IMG/VR virus record: IMGVR_UViG_3300027628_000010
Location: 1 to 64,000 of that record
Origin: a virus
Taxonomy: Duplodnaviria > Caudoviricetes
Reading direction: 5' to 3' (one strand)
Length of the DNA: 64,000 nt
The notes under the pieces are model-generated. The model had not been told where the DNA came from and did not search any database. It worked only from the letters and a program-made list of their open reading frames with translations. The number at the start of each line of letters is the position of its first letter. The stretch's first letter is position 1. The translations under genes were made by a program, and so were the position numbers. Positions 1 to 10,435 of this stretch are shown here, in pieces.

Positions 1-164
1 CAGGTGCAGTAATTTCTAACGCAGGATATAAATTTACATGGGCATTATATAATCCAAACGGTAGCCTTATAAAGGTATATCCGGGCACAGCAGATACACT
101 AACAGTCCCTGCTACAGACGTTACAGGCACAGGAAACTTGATAGTAGATGTAGATAAGGCTTAA
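1..164 (+). CDS. 3' end of a tail/baseplate structural protein (partial)
   Basis: Open frame from nt 3 (GAVISNAGYKFTWALYNPNG...LIVDVDKA*), stop TAA 162-164; beta-rich, lies upstream of tail genes. Confidence 0.7.
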   Translation, partial: GAVISNAGYKFTWALYNPNGSLIKVYPGTADTLTVPATDVTGTGNLIVDVDKA

Positions 165-202
165 AGAGCTATAAGTGCTATAATATAGATAGAGACTATT
201 TT

Positions 203-236
203 AAGGAGAGCTAAGTGTCTAGCTCTCCTTTATTTA
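203..236 (+). terminator. Intrinsic terminator-like hairpin
   Basis: AAGGAGAGCTA-AGTGTC-TAGCTCTCCTT followed by TATTT. Confidence 0.6.
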
Positions 237-254
237 TAAAGGGAGTGAGTTATT

Positions 255-3200
255 TTGCCAAAACGAGTTGCTACGGCTAGTGTAACATTGATTGATATGA
301 ACGATATTACTTCATCACCAGTACAGCCAACTAATCCTACAGACGGTATGATCTGGATGGATACATCTAGTTCTCCATATAAATTCTACGTGTATAGAGC
401 TTCTACAGGCAAATTTGAGCCTACAGGACCTATTAACCTAGAACAGCTAGACCCAGATGCAGCGCAGCAAGTAGAGGACGCTTACAATGGGGTAAATGAT
501 TTAGGTGCAGATAATAAATTAACTAGATATGAACGTGCAGTAGTTCGAGGGGATTTAGCTACAATTGTCGGTAAATTCTTATTAAGTACAGAGTCTATGC
601 CTAACCTAGCTGCAATTGACGCAGGTGGGGTCGGAGAAGCCTACTCCATCCGAAAAGCTGCTCGAGATATCGGTATGAGTACAAGCAATACAGCCTATGT
701 AAACTTCGGTAACGCTTATACAGCATTGAATACATACCTTTCAGGGCTAAACCCTAAAGCATGGGATATTACGTCTACAGCAACTAATACGATCGTCCCT
801 GCGGATTGGGAAGCAGCATGGAATGAATATAAGCTAAGATTAAATCTATTGAATGTAGAAATCCAAAACAGACAACAAGACTATGCAGATTCAGTAGGGG
901 AAGGTTCTGTACAGGATGCTATTGAAGCGGTTAGTGCCTCAGATCAGTACGAGACAAAGACATTAACAAATCCTGTAACGATTACATCTCCTATTGCAAG
1001 TGTAGCTTTACCTGAATTTGAGGGAGCTCACGCTGATGGGTGGGAGATAGTAGGACGAAACTTAGTAATGAACTCATCTTTTGCTAATGGTAAAACAGGA
1101 TGGACAGGACAAACTAGCTCATACACTGTACTTCCAGCTGAAGACGATAAACCAAATAGCCCTATCGTACAAGTAGTTAAATCCGGGGCAACAACTAACG
1201 GATATCTTTCTCTATTCTCAAATTACTTTACTGCGGCTACAGGGGATGAGATTACAGCATCCGTAGATATAAAAATTGCTAACATAGCTGCGTATGATGA
1301 AGCTGCCCCGTTTTTCATTGAGTTCTACGATGCTACAAATACTCGAGTACAGTATAAAAACGTTTACTTATCAGACATGGGACTATCAGGATTACTAAGT
1401 GGAACATGGTACCGAGTTTCCTATAAACTGAAAGCCACTACAGCTAACATTGTTAGCGCAAGGGTACGTCTTGATCTAGTTAAAAATGGAGACGTTTCTT
1501 ACCGAGAAGTTAAAGCAGAGAGAAATACTTCAGTAGGGACTTACACTATTGCTCCTGAAGAATCAATAGGTTCACTTGGAAATCGTATCGTTCCTGTAAC
1601 AGCACCAAGCTTCACTTCAGCAGCCACTCTAACAATTAACGGCGCATTTTATGGAGACGGAACAGATAACGATACTTTCTCATGGAACACTCAAGGTCAA
1701 GCTGTGAAAGTTAAGAAGTGGGAAGATGTTAACTTAGATGGCTCTCTTAATTGGGCATTCCATAGCGACTACGGTGGCTTTAAAGGAGTTAAAGTAGTTG
1801 GATATTTTACTACGGTAGTAGATGCTTCAGTAAAAGCAGCTAAACATAATGGGAATTATCTTTCAACTATTCTTACAGGGCTCTCTACTGCCGACCAAAT
1901 TATCGGTAGAAACAGTGATAGTACTTTATACATCACTCTAGCGGATGCAGATACTGGATGGGGAGATTCTTACACTCCGACAACAGATGAGATTAAAGCG
2001 TACTTTAACGGCTGGAAGATGTGTAACGGGACGTTTGGTAGTCCATATACAGGAACAGGTAATAAGGTATGGCACCCTATCGGGGATAAAGATTTAAACC
2101 GTTCTACAGCAGTATCGAGTGGAGGGGGAATGTCTTACAACCCGGTACCAACAGAGGAGTCTATAGCGATCAAAGAGCAGGCTATTAACAAATACCAACT
2201 TGTATATAGATTAGTAGACCCTGTTCAAGAGATTGTCCCTTACGAAGGTATTTTACCACTGATAAAAGGTGACAACTCGATCTCTGTTTCGTACCCAGCA
2301 GGAACACCGGCGATTGTTAAAGGTAGTATCCGTTATGCTTTAAACTTAGCTACAGTAACAGATATCCTTAAGTATATCGTTCCAGTACTGCAAAAACGTT
2401 TATCTAATGCAGAGGAAGTTATCAAAGATGACTCTATCGTTAACACTGTAATGAACTCTGTAGAGTATACTTTTGCAATGAAAGAAAAACTAGGTCAAGA
2501 CGATATAAAAGATTTTGTTACAGGAGACGAGGTAGACGAAAAGGTTAAGAATGGTTTAGACTCTCTAGATTTTTCTCCTTATGTAACTTCTACCGAGTTA
2601 GAGCAAACAGCTACGAATATTACAGCTAAGTTCTCTGCAACAGGAGGTATGAACCTTCTTAAGAACAGTGTAGGCTTTGCTGGTCGAGATTTCTGGAACG
2701 ATTATTCTTCTACAGGGAAAGTTGTTGATACGATCAGCAACAACGAGTTGGATACTTTAGGGTTCGGTAGCGGATTTCAATTTAACGCAGACGGAAATCA
2801 AAAAGGTATTTACCAATTTGTTAATGTGATTCCGGGGCAACCGTATACATTATCGTGGTACTTGAATAAAAGAACAGGCGGCTCAGATTCAACTTATCGA
2901 TTTTTTATTCAGGTTCAGGAGAATGGAAACACTACTACACAGATTGCAGATAATAGCGCTGATACGACTGTAGGATATGCAGCTAATTATTTCACATTCA
3001 CACCTACAACCAGCCAAGTAAATATACGATTTATTGCGTACGGAAGTGTAGACGCAACCTTGACAGGGGCAATGCTTACAATCGGAGACGTGGCACTCCA
3101 ATGGTCATTAGCTACAGGGGAAATCTATAATACTAATATCCGTATGGATATCAAAGGTATCCGTGTTTCTCAGCTAGACGCAAACCGAAAGGAAACTGGT

Positions 3201-3404
3201 TATACTCAAATCACGCCGGATGAGTTCGCTGGGTATTGGAAAGACGGTAACGGGACCTTCCAGAAGGTATTCTACTTAAATGGAGATGAGACCGTTTCTA
3301 CCAAACTGAGGGCGCAACAAGAGATCACAATGGGAAGTGTTAAAGTCCTAAACATTAACTCTGGAGGATATAACGGATGGGCTTTTGTATCTAACAAGGA
3401 GTAA
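255..3404 (+). CDS. Tail fibre / tail protein with carbohydrate-binding-like modules
   Basis: 1049 aa, TTG start after GGGAG; ATASVTLIDMND N-terminus and two GxNLxxNS-type galactose-binding-like modules; tail gene context. Confidence 0.75.
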   Translation: MPKRVATASVTLIDMNDITSSPVQPTNPTDGMIWMDTSSSPYKFYVYRASTGKFEPTGPINLEQLDPDAAQQVEDAYNGVNDLGADNKLTRYERAVVRGDLATIVGKFLLSTESMPNLAAIDAGGVGEAYSIRKAARDIGMSTSNTAYVNFGNAYTALNTYLSGLNPKAWDITSTATNTIVPADWEAAWNEYKLRLNLLNVEIQNRQQDYADSVGEGSVQDAIEAVSASDQYETKTLTNPVTITSPIASVALPEFEGAHADGWEIVGRNLVMNSSFANGKTGWTGQTSSYTVLPAEDDKPNSPIVQVVKSGATTNGYLSLFSNYFTAATGDEITASVDIKIANIAAYDEAAPFFIEFYDATNTRVQYKNVYLSDMGLSGLLSGTWYRVSYKLKATTANIVSARVRLDLVKNGDVSYREVKAERNTSVGTYTIAPEESIGSLGNRIVPVTAPSFTSAATLTINGAFYGDGTDNDTFSWNTQGQAVKVKKWEDVNLDGSLNWAFHSDYGGFKGVKVVGYFTTVVDASVKAAKHNGNYLSTILTGLSTADQIIGRNSDSTLYITLADADTGWGDSYTPTTDEIKAYFNGWKMCNGTFGSPYTGTGNKVWHPIGDKDLNRSTAVSSGGGMSYNPVPTEESIAIKEQAINKYQLVYRLVDPVQEIVPYEGILPLIKGDNSISVSYPAGTPAIVKGSIRYALNLATVTDILKYIVPVLQKRLSNAEEVIKDDSIVNTVMNSVEYTFAMKEKLGQDDIKDFVTGDEVDEKVKNGLDSLDFSPYVTSTELEQTATNITAKFSATGGMNLLKNSVGFAGRDFWNDYSSTGKVVDTISNNELDTLGFGSGFQFNADGNQKGIYQFVNVIPGQPYTLSWYLNKRTGGSDSTYRFFIQVQENGNTTTQIADNSADTTVGYAANYFTFTPTTSQVNIRFIAYGSVDATLTGAMLTIGDVALQWSLATGEIYNTNIRMDIKGIRVSQLDANRKETGYTQITPDEFAGYWKDGNGTFQKVFYLNGDETVSTKLRAQQEITMGSVKVLNINSGGYNGWAFVSNKE

Positions 3405-3412
3405 CAAATATG

Positions 3413-3458
3413 GCACGTATTGTTTGTATGTTATAATAGAGATACAAACAATATGTGC
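3413..3458 (+). promoter_or_regulatory. 17-bp inverted repeat with a TGTTATAAT promoter element at the arm/loop junction and in the loop
   Basis: GCACGTATTGTTTGTAT-GTTATAATAGAG-ATACAAACAATATGTGC. Confidence 0.6.
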
Positions 3459-3508
3459 TCTTTCTATATTAAGATTAAAGACAACTTTTGAAATGGAGGA
3501 ATACACTT

Positions 3509-6094
3509 ATGGCATTAGCAGGAACTATATCGGTAGATGTAGCCTCTAACTATAAGCTGTCTATTGAATGGACAGCGACTCAGAATACAGTAGGAAATAG
3601 TAGTACAGTAACTGCAAAGATGTATTGGGAAGCAGATAGCTATGGATACGTGAACTCTACAGACACTAAAGATGGAGCTATTATTATAGACGGTTCTACA
3701 ATGACATTTAGTGGAGCTGGTTTAGCTGATCTAAATAAAGGACAGAAAAAGCTCATTGCTACTAAATCAAAAACAATTACACATAATGATGACGGTACTA
3801 AAAGCTTTTCAATTGATGGGTATTTCGATGCAGAGGTTACGCTTAGTAATAAATCGTATGGTCGAATTAACTTAGACGCTAAAACATTTACTTTAAACTC
3901 GATTCCAAGAAAGTCTTCACTATCTTCTAATGCTAGTTTTACAGCAGGTAGTGACTTTACAATTTCTATCTCAAGGTCTTCGTCTTCGTTCTCTCACGTA
4001 GCCTATATTGACGTGCAAGCGGCAGATGGAAGCTGGACTTATATTAAAAGTATAAACTTCTCAACTTCAGAAACATCTAAAAATTCTGAGTTTGATGAAA
4101 CGAGTAAGACGAGAATATTTACAGCTATTGGTGGTCGGACTTCTGCAACTTTCCGTATTAACCTGAATACGTATAGTGGTTCCGACAATTTAGGCTACAA
4201 TACTTATACAGGGACAGTCTCTGTACCTGCTGCCTCTATAGGAGAAATTACGAATGGAACCGCAGGAGCCGGTAATAAAGTGTATGTGGACCAAGATATT
4301 TATGTTGGTATCACACGTTATGATAGTGAGTTTACTCACACTGTAGCTATCAAGTTAGGGTCGTACACAAAGACTCTTACAGGCGTTGGTTATGGTACAA
4401 CATGGACTCCTTCAGGTACAGAGCAGACTTCCTTGTACAATGCCATTGGAACATCGGCTAGTAATTTAAAAGGGACAGTAACTACAACTACGTATTATAA
4501 CGGTGTACAAGTAAGAACTCCTGTAAGTAAAGATGTTTATTTCTATGTAAGACCAAGTACGAACGCCCCAACTTTTACTGTGACGGGAATTACATATGAA
4601 GATATCAACGCAGTTACTTTAGCTGTAACAGGGTCTAAAACGTACATCATTCAGAATAAGTCATCTTTACGAGTATCTATTCCTACAGGGTCTCAAGCGC
4701 AACCTAAAAATGGAGCCTCTATCATAAAATACGTTGTTACAATTAACGGGGTAGATAAATCAGCTAACTTCTCATCTAGTGCTACAGTCAATGTAGATTA
4801 TGGGTTAATTACTAACTCGGCAAATGTTACAGCTTCTATTGCAGCCGTAGATAGTCGTGGATTATCTACAACAGTGACATTACCTATTACTGTGGTCCCA
4901 TATTCACCGCCTACAGTAAATGCTAGCCCGAAACGTAGGAACAGTTTTGAAGCTAATATCGACATTCCTGTAAGTGGAACTTTCTCACCTATTACTGTAG
5001 TTAGTACACAGAAAAACGGATTACAAGCGATCAGTGGACAGACTTCTGCCATCCAGTATCGTTATCGTGAAAATGTAGCAGGGACTACGTTTCCTGATAC
5101 ATGGACTAATCTAACTTTTCCAGCACCTACAGGGGCAACTTATACAGCTACAACAGGGTTAGAGGTACTGGATAGTACAAAAAACTATGTATTTGAAATT
5201 AGAGTAACAGACAAATTGACTACAACTACGGTAACGAAAACGGTAGCATCTGGTAAACCTATTTTCTTTATCGACTCAGATAAGAACAGTGTAGGGGTAG
5301 GGATGTTCCCTCGATCAGAGAAGGCGCTTTATACACAAGGAGAAATTCATGTAGGAAACCCAACAGATGAGACACAAGAGATTTTCTTAGGTTTCTTAGC
5401 AGATCAACCTCGTATCCGTGTTGGAGGGAGCTCTAAAGGTTTACAGATTCAAGGTATGGGGGACGCTGTTTTAGCTCAAGTAGACAACAATGGTCTTTTT
5501 CAGACGAACCAGATTAGGGTTAAAGGTAGTCAGTACTTTACCCAAGGCGGCGGACTGGATATGCAAAACTCAGACATCGTAAACGCTAATGGTATTTACA
5601 TGGCGGATTCAGCAGATAGTGGTGCCGAAGGAATTAACTTCTTAAAATCTGGAAAAACACCGGGCTCTACTACTCAAGCAGACTATGATAGTCTTTGGGC
5701 AAAGGACGGTAAGCTACTATTCAATGGTACAGATATTGCAGCATCTGTAAAGCTAGCTACTGCCCCTAAGCAACCTACGTGGGCAAATAGTTGGCAGGCT
5801 TACTTTGGAGGGGCTTACTTTAAAACAGTGGAAGGTATAGTGTTTATGCGAGGTATGATGAGGCTCGGAAGTTTCGGTACAGGTACAGGTAGTGGTGCAA
5901 AGCTAGCTTTTACAATACAAGATGCCGACTGTAGACCAGTATCGAACCAAGTATTTTACGTTGTAAACGATGCAAGAGATATTATACGTCTTGATATAAA
6001 CACAGACGGAACAGGAAATATTTTCAATAATGCCGGGCTAAACGCTTCTAATGATTGGGTAAATCTTAATGGCATATACTGGACAACTACCTAA
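3509..6094 (+). CDS. Minor tail / tail-fibre protein (DUF859-like N-terminus, gp53-like C-terminal fibre tip)
   Basis: ATG 3509 after GGAGG (track start 3488 is probably too early); YKLSIEWTATQNTVGNSSTVTAKMY N-terminus; C-terminal YFKTVEGIVFMRG...RP...RLDINTDG...WVNLNGI. Confidence 0.7.
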   Translation: MALAGTISVDVASNYKLSIEWTATQNTVGNSSTVTAKMYWEADSYGYVNSTDTKDGAIIIDGSTMTFSGAGLADLNKGQKKLIATKSKTITHNDDGTKSFSIDGYFDAEVTLSNKSYGRINLDAKTFTLNSIPRKSSLSSNASFTAGSDFTISISRSSSSFSHVAYIDVQAADGSWTYIKSINFSTSETSKNSEFDETSKTRIFTAIGGRTSATFRINLNTYSGSDNLGYNTYTGTVSVPAASIGEITNGTAGAGNKVYVDQDIYVGITRYDSEFTHTVAIKLGSYTKTLTGVGYGTTWTPSGTEQTSLYNAIGTSASNLKGTVTTTTYYNGVQVRTPVSKDVYFYVRPSTNAPTFTVTGITYEDINAVTLAVTGSKTYIIQNKSSLRVSIPTGSQAQPKNGASIIKYVVTINGVDKSANFSSSATVNVDYGLITNSANVTASIAAVDSRGLSTTVTLPITVVPYSPPTVNASPKRRNSFEANIDIPVSGTFSPITVVSTQKNGLQAISGQTSAIQYRYRENVAGTTFPDTWTNLTFPAPTGATYTATTGLEVLDSTKNYVFEIRVTDKLTTTTVTKTVASGKPIFFIDSDKNSVGVGMFPRSEKALYTQGEIHVGNPTDETQEIFLGFLADQPRIRVGGSSKGLQIQGMGDAVLAQVDNNGLFQTNQIRVKGSQYFTQGGGLDMQNSDIVNANGIYMADSADSGAEGINFLKSGKTPGSTTQADYDSLWAKDGKLLFNGTDIAASVKLATAPKQPTWANSWQAYFGGAYFKTVEGIVFMRGMMRLGSFGTGTGSGAKLAFTIQDADCRPVSNQVFYVVNDARDIIRLDINTDGTGNIFNNAGLNASNDWVNLNGIYWTTT

Positions 6095-6112
6095 AAGGAT
6101 GGGTGAAATAAC

Positions 6113-6724
6113 ATGGAGTCAGTTAATATGATAAATATAGATGCAGATGGGTTAGTGTTGGATTTTATTGAAGTTCCTTTATATGATGAAGAGGGAAATC
6201 CTAATGGATTACTTAATAGTCCGTTCGTTGTTCCTTTATACGAAGAGCCATTTCATTTACCTAAGTGGGATTTTGAACTGAAGAAATGGATAGAGGGTAA
6301 CCCGGAGGAAGCGTTAGAAAGTGCAAAAATAAATAAGATTAACAGCCTCCGATATGGGTGCGATACTCATATCGAAGGAGGGTTTACCTATAACGAGTAT
6401 GAGTTTTTCTTTACTAAAGAAGACCAAAGGATATTTGATATGCAACTTACTTTTTGTTTAGCCTTTCCTGAAGATGATCAAGTACCTTGGAAAACGAAAA
6501 ATAGTGGGGTAGAGATTTTTACTCGAGATGAATTTTTCTTAATCTGTAGGGCTGCTAAAAATCATTACAGCGCAAATAAAGGAGCGCTATGGCAGTTAGA
6601 GGGGTATATTAACAACCTTCAAACTGTAGAGGAAATTAACCAATTAGGCTCTTTTGAAGATTGTCTTCATCTAATAGATCAAACAGGAGCAATCAAAAGC
6701 CCAGAACCTTCGAGTAATAGTTAA
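6113..6724 (+). CDS. Tail-fibre assembly chaperone-like protein (DUF4376-like)
   Basis: 203 aa directly after a fibre gene; PKWDFELKKWIEG and KINKINSLRYGCDTHIEGGF patterns. Confidence 0.6.
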   Translation: MESVNMINIDADGLVLDFIEVPLYDEEGNPNGLLNSPFVVPLYEEPFHLPKWDFELKKWIEGNPEEALESAKINKINSLRYGCDTHIEGGFTYNEYEFFFTKEDQRIFDMQLTFCLAFPEDDQVPWKTKNSGVEIFTRDEFFLICRAAKNHYSANKGALWQLEGYINNLQTVEEINQLGSFEDCLHLIDQTGAIKSPEPSSNS

Positions 6725-6762
6725 GTAGATAAGCTATATTAGTGGGGAGAGGAGGGGACAAT

Positions 6763-7242
6763 ATGGTTAAAATTGAACCCGGAGATGTTATATTCTATCG
6801 ACCTACTGGTTTTATTGGATGGCTAGTTAGTAAGGTTTCCAAGTCGGAATACAGCCATGTTTCTCTAGCAATAGATTCTTACAACATTGTAGAAGCGGAC
6901 AGGTTTATCAAATCTCGTATTTCTAACCTTTACTACGTGGAAGAGATTCATAAAGTGTACCGGCTTAGAAATGTAACTACAGAGCAGCAACATGCAATTG
7001 CACAAAACGCTCTAACTATGGTAGGTGTAAGCTATGACTACAAACAGATTTATGGGTTGTTTATGCGGTTAGTTTTTAAAAGAGACTCTACCGTTTTCAA
7101 CGCAGCCAATAAATATATCTGTTCAGAGATTATAGACTATGCTTTCCAAATGTCCGATATCCCTAGGCACGATGCCCTTAACGTAGGCGATATTACTCCC
7201 CAAGAGCTGCTAAATAAATATGTCTTAGAGAGGGTGGAATAA
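6763..7242 (+). CDS. Permuted papain-like NlpC/P60 amidase (YiiX/YebB family)
   Basis: PGDVIF...YSHVSLA (His) and KYICSEII (Cys) in permuted order; ATG 6763 after GGAGG. Confidence 0.75.
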   Translation: MVKIEPGDVIFYRPTGFIGWLVSKVSKSEYSHVSLAIDSYNIVEADRFIKSRISNLYYVEEIHKVYRLRNVTTEQQHAIAQNALTMVGVSYDYKQIYGLFMRLVFKRDSTVFNAANKYICSEIIDYAFQMSDIPRHDALNVGDITPQELLNKYVLERVE

Positions 7243-7265
7243 GGTAGGTTAAGCCTACCTTTTCT
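7241..7265 (+). terminator. Intrinsic terminator
   Basis: AAGGTAGG-TTAAG-CCTACCTT followed by TTCTT. Confidence 0.6.
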
Positions 7266-7294
7266 TATATTATTATAGAAAGGTGTGATAAACA

Positions 7295-8104
7295 ATGAGC
7301 GGAATGGCAGATGGGCAAGGCGTACTAAGAAAGATTGCATTTCAAATTGGTGATCGTTTCTTTCGTTTTGCAGTTAACCCAGAATCTATGGTGTATAGTA
7401 GACCACACCGAACAACGGCAGTCAAAACAAAAAGCCGTATCGTTATTGAGGATTTCCAAAGTGATATCCCTACTGTAACAATCGGTGGTACAACAGGTTT
7501 TAACCCTACAGGGGTAGCTAGTGATAGAGGTGTTAAAAAGATTGCAGAGCTGAAAAAATACCTAAAAGACTATGCAGCTATGGGCGGTAATGGAGCTAAG
7601 CCGGCAGAGGATTTCTACTTCCATGATTTTACCAACATGGAACATTACGTAGTCCATTTATCGGCTGAAGGGGTTACATACTCACAGGACGTTAACTCTC
7701 CTTTAACACATAGATATGAGATTAAATTCAACATTCTTCGTGAAGCTAGTGAACCGTCTGAGGATGATATTGCTTCTCCAGAGATCGGTAATCGATTCCC
7801 TTCACTTCCTATCGGTTCAGGAGGAATAGGTGGGGTTGCTGGTGATGGCTCCGGCGTAGGAGTAGGTTCAGGGGCTCAAGACAGTTCAGGTAAGAATGCA
7901 GGAGGTAATTCAGGGACTACCCCATACGACCCGTCTTCAGGCAGTAACGTTTATAATAAAGGTACACAGGGGCAGTACATTCCTTCTTACGATAATGAGC
8001 CCATTAACCCACAAGCACCCTCTCCATCGTCTTATTCATATGGACAAACTGGATTAGGTTATGCTATCGGTTACTACCTAAGACCGGGAGGAGTATTCAA
8101 ATGA
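7295..8104 (+). CDS. Baseplate hub / tube-initiator-like protein
   Basis: FRFAVNPES...TAVKTKSRIVIEDF...GTTG, typical of Herelleviridae baseplate genes; Gly-rich C-terminus. Confidence 0.6.
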   Translation: MSGMADGQGVLRKIAFQIGDRFFRFAVNPESMVYSRPHRTTAVKTKSRIVIEDFQSDIPTVTIGGTTGFNPTGVASDRGVKKIAELKKYLKDYAAMGGNGAKPAEDFYFHDFTNMEHYVVHLSAEGVTYSQDVNSPLTHRYEIKFNILREASEPSEDDIASPEIGNRFPSLPIGSGGIGGVAGDGSGVGVGSGAQDSSGKNAGGNSGTTPYDPSSGSNVYNKGTQGQYIPSYDNEPINPQAPSPSSYSYGQTGLGYAIGYYLRPGGVFK

Positions 8105-8619
8105 GTTATTCAAATGATTTAATTCGTTTTATTTCTGGGGTACCTGTTCTAGGTGATGGAACAATCCCAATGAATACAATCGATTCTGAACAGCCTTTTG
8201 CATCTCAGTTATATGACCCTGTTTACTCTTTAACAGTTATAGCTCGAAAGGTACAAGACTTAATCAGTCGTAATAAAATAGAAGTAGTGAGTGATACAGT
8301 TGATTCTAATACAATCGTGTACAAAGCATTGAATAGTGATTTAGCTTCCTACGCTCCAGATATTTATACTTTACTACGAGCAGTAGTACTAGAATCATTT
8401 TCTCTATTATACATGAGTGAAAATGCACCAGAGAATCTTCAGTACGTATCGTCTAGAGATATTAAGAATCACCGAACAAACTTAAATTATATTGCAGACT
8501 ATTTAAGTACAGAGACAAAATACTACCACATGATTGAGAGCTTAAGGGATATGAATATAGCATTTGGCTATATGCAAAATCAAATCGAAGTCATGATGAA
8601 TGAAGGGAGTGGGAGATAA
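8101..8619 (+). CDS. Conserved baseplate-region structural protein
   Basis: 172 aa, ATGA overlap, conserved position before gp25-like gene. Confidence 0.55.
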   Translation: MSYSNDLIRFISGVPVLGDGTIPMNTIDSEQPFASQLYDPVYSLTVIARKVQDLISRNKIEVVSDTVDSNTIVYKALNSDLASYAPDIYTLLRAVVLESFSLLYMSENAPENLQYVSSRDIKNHRTNLNYIADYLSTETKYYHMIESLRDMNIAFGYMQNQIEVMMNEGSGR

Positions 8620-9360
8620 TTGACTAAATTCTTACAACACATTGTCCGAGATGGAGATACACTACAGGGTATTGCTCAACAGCAGCTAGGAGATATGAAT
8701 GAATGGACTACTTTAGCTCAATTTAACGATCTCCGCTACCCTTATATTGTAGACACTGTAGAAGAGAAAATGCAGAACCCGGACCACCTAGTAACAATCG
8801 GGGACGTGCTACTTGTAAAAGTGGCACACGATGAGCAGTCTAATCTCATCCAGCAGCTTAAACGTACGACAGAATATGACCAAGAGGAGCTTTATGCGCT
8901 AGCTTTAGGTAAGGACTTAGATATCCTCCCTACACAAAGAACGCTTACCTCTGTAGGTCGAGATTTTGAAACGTTTGAAATGAAAGGGAACGATCGTGGA
9001 GGCATTGCTACTGTACGAGGAATTGAAAACTTAAAGCAGTCTCTATTTATTCGATTATCTACTCCTAGAGGGAGTTATGTGGGGCACCCTAGATACGGCT
9101 CCGAGGTACATACCTATATTGGTATGAAAGCTACAGAGGAGAATGCAGCACTAATTGATCTGGAGATTGAACGAACAATTAGAACAGATACTCGAGTAAC
9201 AGCATGCAGCCTCGTCAATCGAACGCTTTCAGGAAATACATACACAGCCTCTTTCAGCGTATCTACTATTACACTGGAACAGGCATTTGAGTTTGTAGTT
9301 TCTGCTCGACAAAACGGACCCATCGTATTATTAAGTAATTTTAAAGATTCCATAAATTGA
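8620..9360 (+). CDS. Baseplate wedge protein, LysM-like N-terminus + gp25/GPW-like domain
   Basis: HIVRDGDTLQGIAQQQLG; NLKQSLFIRLSTPRGSYVGHPRYGS...DTRV. Confidence 0.8.
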   Translation: MTKFLQHIVRDGDTLQGIAQQQLGDMNEWTTLAQFNDLRYPYIVDTVEEKMQNPDHLVTIGDVLLVKVAHDEQSNLIQQLKRTTEYDQEELYALALGKDLDILPTQRTLTSVGRDFETFEMKGNDRGGIATVRGIENLKQSLFIRLSTPRGSYVGHPRYGSEVHTYIGMKATEENAALIDLEIERTIRTDTRVTACSLVNRTLSGNTYTASFSVSTITLEQAFEFVVSARQNGPIVLLSNFKDSIN

Positions 9361-9373
9361 GAGGAGGGGCACC

Positions 9374-10420
9374 ATGCGACTTAAACGTATGTCAGAAATT
9401 TATTCTCGTCTAGTAGACTTCACAATTACGAACACCAATGAGTTAAATGACTTCTCTGTAGGTAGTGCTCTTAGAGCCATGTATGAGGCTTTCTCCATCG
9501 AGTTAGAGCAATACTATGTATTGACTAGGGAGAACATGACAGAGGCTATAGAACAGGGCGTATACGGCTCATTCAGCTTCGATAGAAAGAAAGCAGTTAA
9601 ATCTTACGGAAATGTTCAAGTGAGATTCCATAGCTCTACTCAGGATGATATGATTTTATCTAGGGGCTCTCGATTCAGCTCTAGCTTAGCAACATATCCA
9701 CAAGTGTATGTTACTCAAGTAGATTATCTTATCCCTAAAGGAAGTATTATGGCAGAGTTCGAAGTACACTGTGTAACGGCTGGTAGCGTAGGAAATATTC
9801 CTGCTAACGTACTAGATATTATGCAGTCCCCTATTGCTAACGTACAATCGGTTACTAACCCTGCTGCATTCCAGACAGGACAGGACCAAGAGCCTTTAGA
9901 GGAGCAACGTTCTCGTTTTGCATCCTTTATCAAGTCTTTAAGTCGAGGAACTATCCCGGCTATTGAATATGGGGCAAGAACTGTGGATGAAGTATCTGGA
10001 GTATTTATCGAAGAGGAAACGGGACGTATTAATGTATACGCTCATGACCGTAATGGTAATTTACCAGATGCAGTTAAAGCTAAAATCGATACAGCTATGT
10101 TTGAGTATCGTCCGGGTGGAATCCCAGTACGAATTTTCCCTGTAACTCGTAGAGCAGTCGATGTAACCGTAACAGTAACGCTCACAAATAAAGCAGCTAT
10201 TACAGAAACATTTAAGAAAAGAATTGCTGAAGAGATTTCAAGATATCTGAATAACATGAAAACTTCTCAAAGCCTTGTATTATCAGACCTATCGAGTGTA
10301 ATCAAATACATTGACAGACAGCTTATCTACGATGTACAGTTTCAAAATTTAAACGGCAATGTAAATCTACTTGGCTCTGAAGTAATTCGAGCAGGTACTG
10401 TAACAGTGACACTACAATAG
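9374..10420 (+). CDS. Baseplate J-like wedge protein
   Basis: 348 aa; DFSVGS, VHCVTAGSVGN, GQDQEPLEEQRSRF motifs. Confidence 0.85.
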   Translation: MRLKRMSEIYSRLVDFTITNTNELNDFSVGSALRAMYEAFSIELEQYYVLTRENMTEAIEQGVYGSFSFDRKKAVKSYGNVQVRFHSSTQDDMILSRGSRFSSSLATYPQVYVTQVDYLIPKGSIMAEFEVHCVTAGSVGNIPANVLDIMQSPIANVQSVTNPAAFQTGQDQEPLEEQRSRFASFIKSLSRGTIPAIEYGARTVDEVSGVFIEEETGRINVYAHDRNGNLPDAVKAKIDTAMFEYRPGGIPVRIFPVTRRAVDVTVTVTLTNKAAITETFKKRIAEEISRYLNNMKTSQSLVLSDLSSVIKYIDRQLIYDVQFQNLNGNVNLLGSEVIRAGTVTVTLQ

Positions 10421-10435
10421 GAAGGAGGAGCCTAG

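Noticed and set aside
255-6094. Diversity-generating retroelement or invertible tail-fibre system
   Set aside because: No reverse transcriptase, template/variable repeat pair, invertase or crossover sites seen
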